Assembly (NCBI GenBank): GCA_048887225.1
Contig: JBHLJY010000003.1
Span: 168,395-232,394 of the forward strand
Reading direction: 5' to 3'
DNA: 64,000 bases
Source of the DNA: Candidatus Hodarchaeota archaeon
GTDB lineage: Archaea > Asgardarchaeota > Lokiarchaeia > Sigyniarchaeales > SOKP01
Shown here: positions 1 through 7,199 of the stretch, in pieces
How the letters are laid out: the number at the start of each line of letters is the position of its first letter
Position numbering within the stretch: the first letter of the stretch is position 1
Position numbers and translations under genes: made by a program
The notes under the pieces: model-generated
Database searches by the model: none
Seen by the model: the letters and a program-made list of their open reading frames with translations, nothing else
What the model was told of the DNA's origin: nothing

Positions 1-1070
1 TTTAAGACGCTTTTAGTAATTACAAAGAATATTTTACCTCCAATTTTTAAGAATTTTGTTGATGTATAAAAGAATAAAGTAGCTATTTCTATATGTGTGA
101 TGTATTGGCTAAGTGGTTTGATTCCAAATTCTTCTGCTAAATCACGAATTTTAATTTGATAATCTTTATCACTAATATCTTTATAAGTTAACCAAGGTGG
201 ATTTCCTATTATCAGATCAAAAGAATTATATAAATTTTTTAAGTTTATAAACATCAAATTTTCGTAATGCTGAGGAAATAGCGAATCTATTACATAAACA
301 TTAATATTTGGGAGGATATCTTTCTGTGTGTCAAAATATTCTAAAAAAATTAAAAGAATATTGACTTTTGCTGTCATAGTTGCTAAAGGATTAATATCAA
401 ACCCGAATACATTATTAATTGCTTTTTGTTTTAATTTATTTGGATTCTCAGAATTAAGGATTTTAACAATTATCTTAATTAAAAAATTTCCCGAACCGCA
501 AGCTGGATCTAAAACTTTTAAACCAACATTATAAGAATCGTCTACCATTTTACGAACGAGGTTAGAAGGAGTGTAGAACTCTCCTATTTTATGTCTAGTT
601 ATGGTGAAAAATATTTGCTGGTAGATATCAAGAAATAAATCTTCATAAGCCAAACTGGTAGATTCAATTATATTATATATTTTTTCAAATAGTTTCTTGT
701 TGAAATTTGTCCAATTATAGAAATAACCGAATTCAAACAGGTTGAATGCTTCTAGATTATTATTCTTACAATCATCGTAGCATTCTTCAAAATCGATATT
801 TTGAATAAAAGAGAGTTTTATTATTATCAAGGATTTCAATAACAAGGCAAAATATGTATGTTTCAAGAAAAGATCTGAGCTTAAAGATTCAGATTCACCA
901 AAAATATTCTTGAAAGTCTTATTCCATTGTTGAAATTTTACTTCAAATTCTTTTTTCTTGGATAAGGTTTTTTTTTCAAAATATTTCATTGATTCGTAGA
1001 AAAATTTTGAACTTAGACCAAAAAATTTAGCAATATCTTCACTACCTATAAGCTTTTTAGTACTAACCAT
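1..1070 (-). CDS. N6-adenine DNA methyltransferase (gamma-class, Eco57I/TaqI-like), N-terminal part only; C-terminus runs off the left window edge
   Basis: Hand translation of the minus strand from ATG at 1070-1068 gives MVSTKKLIGSEDIAKFF... The frame stays open to base 1. Motifs: GEFYTPSNLV, VLDPACGSGNFLI (AdoMet motif I), GFDINPLA, IIGNPPWLTYKD (motif IV). It is missing from the ORF track because the window edge truncates it. Confidence 0.75.
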   Translation of the reverse strand, partial: MVSTKKLIGSEDIAKFFGLSSKFFYESMKYFEKKTLSKKKEFEVKFQQWNKTFKNIFGESESLSSDLFLKHTYFALLLKSLIIIKLSFIQNIDFEECYDDCKNNNLEAFNLFEFGYFYNWTNFNKKLFEKIYNIIESTSLAYEDLFLDIYQQIFFTITRHKIGEFYTPSNLVRKMVDDSYNVGLKVLDPACGSGNFLIKIIVKILNSENPNKLKQKAINNVFGFDINPLATMTAKVNILLIFLEYFDTQKDILPNINVYVIDSLFPQHYENLMFINLKNLYNSFDLIIGNPPWLTYKDISDKDYQIKIRDLAEEFGIKPLSQYITHIEIATLFFYTSTKFLKIGGKIFFVITKSVL

Positions 1071-1099
1071 CCTATTTCAAAAATCTGTTTTCTTTACTC

Positions 1100-1270
1100 T
1101 TAACCAACCTTTATTAAAATCCAATCTAAATAATTTAAATCATAAATATTGTTATTAGAAGAATTATTTCTTTCTTCAGTTTTATATAAAGATGTATCAT
1201 TGGTGATAGAATTTAGCGCTGGCGTTATATTAAGCTTTTTAGCATTTATTGCTTTCTTATTCTTATCCAT
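1100..1270 (-). CDS. small hypothetical protein (56 aa)
   Basis: Hand-translated minus-strand ORF (MDKNKKAINAKKLNITPALNS...LDWILIKVG) directly upstream of the methyltransferase. It is below the track length cutoff and has no recognisable domain. Confidence 0.2.
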   Translation of the reverse strand: MDKNKKAINAKKLNITPALNSITNDTSLYKTEERNNSSNNNIYDLNYLDWILIKVG

Positions 1271-1366
1271 AAGTAAATCCTATCTAGATTTTTGAGATTG
1301 AAAAGAAGCGATTTGAATTAATTTTTTATTTTCTTATATTTATAACTTTAAAAATTATAAGGTTTG

Positions 1367-1909
1367 CTATCGCATGAATGAGGGAAGCATTAGGTTAAAG
1401 ATTTCAGCAATTATTTTTATACTTGCTACTTCTTTAATGGTAGTTATTATTAATACACTTCTCGAAAGCTCGTCTCGATCTAGAGTGCCACCAGAATATA
1501 TTGCTAAATCATTATTAAACATCAATAAGTATTTCACATATGGATTGTTTATTACGTTAATTCCTTCAATGCTTTTTAACTCATCATAAATTCTTCGCTC
1601 TTTTTTCTCATATACATTTCGATCGCGTGTTATTAATAAAATTGGAATCCCTCTTTGAGCTGCCCTTTTTAATTCTATACTATAAAAATCATCTATTTTT
1701 GGGGTCACAATATTTAGTTGGTCTTGTGTAGTTTGGATGAACTCTATTAATTTCTCGTTAAGTAATTCCTTGTTGTCACCTTCACCTGAAGACTCTATAA
1801 CTATATTACCTACTAATGCTAACACTCTTTTTTCGAATTCTTCTATTTGTTGTTTTAATCTTCGATTTTCTAGCCGTAATTCATTTATTCGATCAGTCAA
1901 GTCAGACAA
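1367..1909 (-). CDS. hypothetical protein, N-terminal coiled coil plus globular C-terminal domain (possibly PLD-like/TrmB-C-like)
   Basis: 180-aa ORF. The N-terminus shows a heptad-like pattern (RINELRLENRRLKQQIEEFEKRV). It is the last gene of the co-directional actin-containing gene string. The domain assignment is weak. Confidence 0.5.
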   Translation of the reverse strand: MSDLTDRINELRLENRRLKQQIEEFEKRVLALVGNIVIESSGEGDNKELLNEKLIEFIQTTQDQLNIVTPKIDDFYSIELKRAAQRGIPILLITRDRNVYEKKERRIYDELKSIEGINVINNPYVKYLLMFNNDLAIYSGGTLDRDELSRSVLIITTIKEVASIKIIAEIFNLMLPSFMR

Positions 1910-2016
1910 AACACATCAACTTCTACATTCTTTTTTGTTATTTTGCTTCTTATTATTTCTTTTATTTGTTAATCTATTTATAATTTTATTATTTTTACTT
2001 TTTAGAAAAACTTAAA

Positions 2017-4518
2017 TTATAGTTTGTTCCACGGCTTACCGAAATGTAAAAATGAACTAATTGCGATACCACTTTTACATTGTTGCCTAGCTCTAAGAAG
2101 TGAAGTTCCTTGGCTTTCATTATTAAATAAACTAAGGTAAAAATTCGCTATAATACTTTGAGTATCTTCATTAAAAAATGGATATGTCCTAGTTATTATA
2201 CCTATAATACGATTATAGTCAAATTGCCTAATGATCTCACCAAAAATTTCTAAGACATTATTTAGTTTTTCTCCTTCAACGTTAAAAACCTGCGCATTAA
2301 AAAACAAAAATGGATGCGAATTAGATTTATTTTTATCTATAGCCTTCTTTATTTCATTAAAGGTTATTAGAGTGTTATCATTCGTAAGAATATAACTATC
2401 TTTGGGACTCATTCTGGAATAAAAAATATTTCCAACAAAATGAATAATATGAAAAGCCCCTTCTGAAATATTTGATAATATTTTTTCGCGAGTGGAATGT
2501 ATTCCAGATAGAATAGTAAATTGATTAACATTTTCCGTTGTATTAAAAAAATCTGTAATGTGATTTAATTCATCGTGAGCATCAGGGAACGGAAAGATTA
2601 AAGTTTTATTTTTGTACTCCTCATTCCATTTTAAAGGCCCTTTTGCATTTGTAGCTTCAATTAATAAAACATTAAATAAGGTCTTAGTTGGGATTGTAAT
2701 GGATTCCTCTTGAGCTAATTGTCCAAATTGAATACCAGCAAGAGGAGGTTCGCCGATTTTATAGCCACTTGAATATTTTAACATGAAAAATTTATCGTCA
2801 TCATACAAGAAACCAAAAGGTATTGTCATTTTATCTAAAATAAAATAAATATGAGGTATAAAATCTAACTTTTTAACTTTTAATTGCTTGAAAAAATCTC
2901 TCAATAAGTTTGGTAAGAATATATATAACAGCTTTCCAAATTCTATTATATTAAATTGATATCTCTTTTCTTTTCTTCCTGAAAAAATGTCATTAAAAAT
3001 TTCCATTATTTGATGATCGTTCCATAATTCATCAGTTATTTTTCCCTCAACTATTGCATAATCCTTAGATATCATACGAAAAGAAATCAGACCTTCTGAA
3101 TTAATCCGTATTATTGCTTGATTCAAAATAAAATCAGGATTAATCGATGTTAAATCTTCTTCAAACGAATATATTTGATTTTTAATTGATTCACACTTAT
3201 TGTATAAAGAATTTAAGTCAGTTAATTTTTCTCTAATATTTTCATCTAAATATGGGATTATTTTTTGTGCGAGATTAAAATCTTTTTCTTCGTATAAAGC
3301 GCGATAGAACATCATTCTCCAAAAATCAGCGGTTTCTAACGTGAAAAATTTGCTTTTAAATTGCCAGAGATAATTACAAGTATAGAAATAATGATAAATT
3401 TGAACCGGAGTTTGAGGTGTTTTTAAATGATTGCTTAATTTTTCCATAGATAAAAGCAAATATTTTCTTTCTTTAATATCAACAAACTTTTTACAAGCTT
3501 CAACCCATAACTCAATTAAAGAAACGTCGTACCCTAAATCTGTTTTATCCATAAAAATATCTTCCAAAAAATCATATATTTCATAAGCAATTAAAAACCG
3601 ATTTCTATTTATAGAAAAATCAACAAATTTACGGATATAACTTAGGGCAACTTCAATAGTTTGAAATTCTTTTAATTTAGTAAAAGCATATCTTATTATT
3701 ATAATAATCCATGTAAATTCTCCAATGTTATTTAAATAATAAATTAATTCCTCCAAATCAGATAGAATTACACTAAAATTCTGCTCATTTACTGAAATTT
3801 CTCTCATATTGGAGAAATCTTCTTTTAAATAATTTGGTAAGCGTTTTGCTATAATTTTATTAATAATTTGAACGAAATCTAGAGATTCCTTTGGTGAACC
3901 TTCAATGAGGTGATATTTTATATTAACATTTTCCATAAAAACAAATAGTAATAACGCTTTTGTGCTCGGTTCCAGGTTATAAAGAATTTCTCCTAAAATT
4001 TTTAAGCTAAAACGGAATAAATCTGATGAAAATATTCTTTTTCTTAAATATGCTAATAAGAATTGTAATTCGATAAGTTTGAGATAATCTCCCCTTTCTT
4101 TAACCTTAAGTGAGAATGAATTTATAAATTTAGTTATTCCTTCAATAGATAATTCATCTACTTTTATGAAACTTTTTAAAAGAATCATCCAAAAATTATT
4201 AAATAAATCAAATTCATCTAAATTGGAAAGAAAGGAAAAAAAACGTTTGTAAGCGTCAATATATCTGATTTTGTCAATTTTATCTTTTTGACTTTTCAAA
4301 GAATTTAAATAAATCCACCATGAATTTGCAATAATCATTATTAATTGACGCTTTTTTTGAGGAGCTAACCATTCTGTTTTTTCAATTTCAAAATATAAAT
4401 TAGAAAATAATCTACTTGCCCATTGATGATTAGCTGAATTAAGTAATTGCCTTCCTTGAAGTATTCCTTTTTGAAAATTCATTAAGAATTGATTTTTAAT
4501 ATCAGGACTAATTGTCAT
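2017..4518 (-). CDS. TPR-like helical repeat protein with C-terminal CHAT-like (caspase-fold) domain lacking the His/Cys dyad
   Basis: 833-aa ORF. The C-terminal ~270 aa follow the CHAT pattern (MTIPFGFLYDD ... FHIIHFVGNI ... ITFNEI ... PFLFFNAQVF ... IIGIITRTYPFFNEDTQSIIANFY ... LLRARQQ). Asn (2428-2430) and Gln (2290-2292) sit where the catalytic His and Cys are expected. The N-terminal ~550 aa are helical and repeat-like. Confidence 0.6.
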   Translation of the reverse strand: MTISPDIKNQFLMNFQKGILQGRQLLNSANHQWASRLFSNLYFEIEKTEWLAPQKKRQLIMIIANSWWIYLNSLKSQKDKIDKIRYIDAYKRFFSFLSNLDEFDLFNNFWMILLKSFIKVDELSIEGITKFINSFSLKVKERGDYLKLIELQFLLAYLRKRIFSSDLFRFSLKILGEILYNLEPSTKALLLFVFMENVNIKYHLIEGSPKESLDFVQIINKIIAKRLPNYLKEDFSNMREISVNEQNFSVILSDLEELIYYLNNIGEFTWIIIIIRYAFTKLKEFQTIEVALSYIRKFVDFSINRNRFLIAYEIYDFLEDIFMDKTDLGYDVSLIELWVEACKKFVDIKERKYLLLSMEKLSNHLKTPQTPVQIYHYFYTCNYLWQFKSKFFTLETADFWRMMFYRALYEEKDFNLAQKIIPYLDENIREKLTDLNSLYNKCESIKNQIYSFEEDLTSINPDFILNQAIIRINSEGLISFRMISKDYAIVEGKITDELWNDHQIMEIFNDIFSGRKEKRYQFNIIEFGKLLYIFLPNLLRDFFKQLKVKKLDFIPHIYFILDKMTIPFGFLYDDDKFFMLKYSSGYKIGEPPLAGIQFGQLAQEESITIPTKTLFNVLLIEATNAKGPLKWNEEYKNKTLIFPFPDAHDELNHITDFFNTTENVNQFTILSGIHSTREKILSNISEGAFHIIHFVGNIFYSRMSPKDSYILTNDNTLITFNEIKKAIDKNKSNSHPFLFFNAQVFNVEGEKLNNVLEIFGEIIRQFDYNRIIGIITRTYPFFNEDTQSIIANFYLSLFNNESQGTSLLRARQQCKSGIAISSFLHFGKPWNKL

Positions 4519-4544
4519 TAAGATTAATTACCCATTTTTTATGA

Positions 4545-5693
4545 TTACCCTTTATATTCTGGATTTGGTTTCCACCCTTCTTGTAACTGTTTTTTTGAGT
4601 ATAATATTGATGCCCCAATCCACGACATATTTTCACGACCAGAAACTGCAAACACATTAATTTTATCTCTTATTTTTTCGGAAAAATACTTAGTTAATTC
4701 AAGCTTCAATCTCTCCTTTAATCCAGGAATTAAACTACCTCCCCCCGCAAGAATAATATTAGGAAGTAATTCTTCCCAATTCTCTCGATCCCAGGATTTG
4801 ATAACTTTAACTATTGCTTCATCTAATCCAAAATAATCTATATGAATTAATCCTGGATTAAATAAAGGTTCAGATAACATGAATCGCTCCTCGTTTATTT
4901 TTAAGCTGGATCCATCGGGAAAATTAACTTTTTGGTCGTAATTAGTAAGTCCATCTCTTATGCTATTGCTTTCACCTTCAGCATCTAATACACATAGTGA
5001 ATATTTATCTTTAATTTCTTTTGCAAGCCATTTATCAAGATAAAAATTCTCTTCTGACCCCTTTCTAGTTAATATCATATTAAGGAAATAATTTGTCAAA
5101 TCCTTCCCTGCTATAGGAAAGATATCTCGTGCCATAATATTTGTGAATCCGTGAAAAATCGTGGAAAAATAAGTATTGGATTCTCCCATATTAACTACAA
5201 CTCCGGTGGTTTTCTTTAAAGTTTGTAAAATAGCTTGACTTTCAGATAAAAATAATAAATAAGGGAAGTTTAAGTCTCGAAAAAAAATTTGTTCCAACTT
5301 AGTTTTTTCCAATTCTGTCATAAAAAAAGGAGAAATCACAATTATTGATTGTTTATTTTGATATTCAGATTGGATATTTAATTGTTGATAATAATAATGA
5401 AAAAATTTTGAAAAAATATTGTAATTATTCTCTTTTTTAAACTCATGAATATTTAATATATTTTGGTATTTTAAGGCATTAAGGCCATATAAGTGCCTTT
5501 CAGTATTTTCTTCAATAAAAAGTTCAGCAAGTCCATCAACTACATCTGATTCAAATATATAATCTGTAGCATCCACATGAACGCTAGGTACAATAATTTC
5601 TGGTGAATCATCACCAGCCCAGCCTAAACGAAAAGTACTACTTCCGATGTCTAAAATCAAAGGTCTTAATTGCTTATTATCAGCAGATAACAT
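4545..5693 (-). CDS. actin-family protein (Asgard actin-related protein)
   Basis: 382-aa ORF with actin-fold motifs: LILDIGSSTFRLGWAGDDSPEIIVPSV (phosphate-1, compare actin DNGSG..AGFAGDDAP), VVVNMGESNTY (divergent phosphate-2), IILAGGGSLIPGLKERL (adenosine motif) and WIGASILYS near the C-terminus. Confidence 0.85.
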   Translation of the reverse strand: MLSADNKQLRPLILDIGSSTFRLGWAGDDSPEIIVPSVHVDATDYIFESDVVDGLAELFIEENTERHLYGLNALKYQNILNIHEFKKENNYNIFSKFFHYYYQQLNIQSEYQNKQSIIVISPFFMTELEKTKLEQIFFRDLNFPYLLFLSESQAILQTLKKTTGVVVNMGESNTYFSTIFHGFTNIMARDIFPIAGKDLTNYFLNMILTRKGSEENFYLDKWLAKEIKDKYSLCVLDAEGESNSIRDGLTNYDQKVNFPDGSSLKINEERFMLSEPLFNPGLIHIDYFGLDEAIVKVIKSWDRENWEELLPNIILAGGGSLIPGLKERLKLELTKYFSEKIRDKINVFAVSGRENMSWIGASILYSKKQLQEGWKPNPEYKG

Positions 5694-5725
5694 ATTAAAT
5701 GAGATATTTGATTAAAATTAATAAT

Positions 5726-6508
5726 TTATAACGAAAAAAGCTCTTTTTCATGAATATATTCGTCTGTCAATCTTTTTAATTGATATTCTTTAACTTGTAA
5801 TTCAAGCATCCCTAAAACCTTTTTAAATTCAAGGGACATGGTTTCAATATTTACGCCAGAAACCTTTTCGATTTCATCCCTTTTCGTCTTAAATTGACTT
5901 AAATTCAATTTTATTTTATCGAATAGATTGTTTATTGAAGAAATTAAATCCTCGGTGTTTTTCTTGGTGAATTTTCGCATTTTCCTTAATATAGCTAATA
6001 TATTGCTAATACTATTTTCCCATTGATTATATCTTTCGTTATAACCTTTCATAAAATCCTCTAAAAATACTTGTAAATTCTTATAAATATTATATTTAGG
6101 TGGTGTAGTCTCAATAGGTTTTTGAATGGGGGCACTACTTTTAGTTGTTTTTCTTTCAGATATAGGGATATCTTCTATAAGATAATCTTCAACAATTTCG
6201 CTTTTTCTCTCATAAGATAACTGTGGTTCAATTTTTTCTTCTGCTTTTTCTTCACGATGATACCAAGTTTCTTCAGATACTCCTGTTAATAATCCCTGTA
6301 AATCTATTTGAGCCTCCTTGGCAGAGCTTAAAGCAGAACTCAATGCCGAGTCTAATGATAATTCCGTTTCTGGTATTTCTGCAGCTTTTAAAGTAGCACC
6401 CGAAGAAATTTCTAGTCCTTTTTTCTTGGTCGTTTTTAGAGCATCTTCCAATGAGGTGTCTGTTTTTTTCTTTTTAGACGATTTTTTTTTCTTTTTATTC
6501 TTAGCCAT
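5726..6508 (-). CDS. hypothetical protein with polybasic N-terminus (MAKNKKKKKSSKKKK) and helical/coiled-coil C-terminal half
   Basis: 260-aa ORF ending 32 nt upstream of the actin-family gene on the same strand. No recognisable enzymatic motif. Confidence 0.55.
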   Translation of the reverse strand: MAKNKKKKKSSKKKKTDTSLEDALKTTKKKGLEISSGATLKAAEIPETELSLDSALSSALSSAKEAQIDLQGLLTGVSEETWYHREEKAEEKIEPQLSYERKSEIVEDYLIEDIPISERKTTKSSAPIQKPIETTPPKYNIYKNLQVFLEDFMKGYNERYNQWENSISNILAILRKMRKFTKKNTEDLISSINNLFDKIKLNLSQFKTKRDEIEKVSGVNIETMSLEFKKVLGMLELQVKEYQLKRLTDEYIHEKELFSL

Positions 6509-6631
6509 TAAGAATAAGCCTTTATTATTGTTTAATCTACTAATTTAATATTACAATTAATTTATAAATCTATTTTACAATCAATGTATTTTTAACAAGA
6601 TTATTTTATTTATTGAATTGAACAAAATTTC

Positions 6632-7033
6632 TTACTCTAAGGGGATTATCTCTACTTCAAGAGCATCTCCTTCGATTTTTAAAATTTCTTTGAGCTTCTC
6701 AAGGTCCATCTCTTTTGGTCTCGGTCCAATCACAGTCCACATAGCGGTTTTCTCTTTTTCAATAGTTAACGATTCTCCATAAACTAGCGAAATCCCGTGA
6801 TTTCCAAAAGTCGTAGCTATTTTTGCCAATGATCCAGCTTCATCCTTCATTAATATTCTAAATTTAAGAGAATCACCTTTAATTCCAACTGGGGTTATTC
6901 TGATTTCTTTTGTATCTGAATCTGCGATCATCATTAACTGTGAGTTCTCAGTCAGTCCTAGACTTTTTCTAATCGTCATTGGAATTACTATTCTTCCTCT
7001 ATTATCTATAACCAAAAACTTGACATCCTTCAT
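6632..7033 (-). CDS. AbrB/SpoVT-type DNA-binding domain fused to ACT domain (putative small-molecule-responsive regulator)
   Basis: 133-aa ORF. The N-terminus VIDNRGRIVIPMTIRKSLGL fits the SpoVT/AbrB swapped hairpin. The C-terminus ILMKDEAGSLAKIATTFGNHGISL fits an ACT-like fold. Confidence 0.6.
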   Translation of the reverse strand: MKDVKFLVIDNRGRIVIPMTIRKSLGLTENSQLMMIADSDTKEIRITPVGIKGDSLKFRILMKDEAGSLAKIATTFGNHGISLVYGESLTIEKEKTAMWTVIGPRPKEMDLEKLKEILKIEGDALEVEIIPLE

Positions 7034-7199
7034 CTTTTTAATTAATTCTTAAAATTTTTTTAATAATTATTAAAGCTATTAAATATATAAATTAATACTT
7101 TAAAGGAGAAAAGAAATTTTATTTTCTTACTATGATATAACGTTAAATGATACTAGTTTGCTAATATAGAAAGACTTGGAATATTTAAAAATAAAATAC

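Noticed and set aside
328-534. 68-aa plus-strand ORF in the track
   Set aside because: It lies entirely antisense to the well-supported minus-strand methyltransferase frame (1-1070). It is low-complexity and hydrophobic, as expected from AT-rich antisense reading.
1374-2015. Two plus-strand ORFs (1374-1589, 1737-2015)
   Set aside because: They are antisense to, or overlap, the 1367-1909 gene. Their Ser/Leu/Phe-rich composition is typical of antisense frames of Lys/Glu-rich genes.
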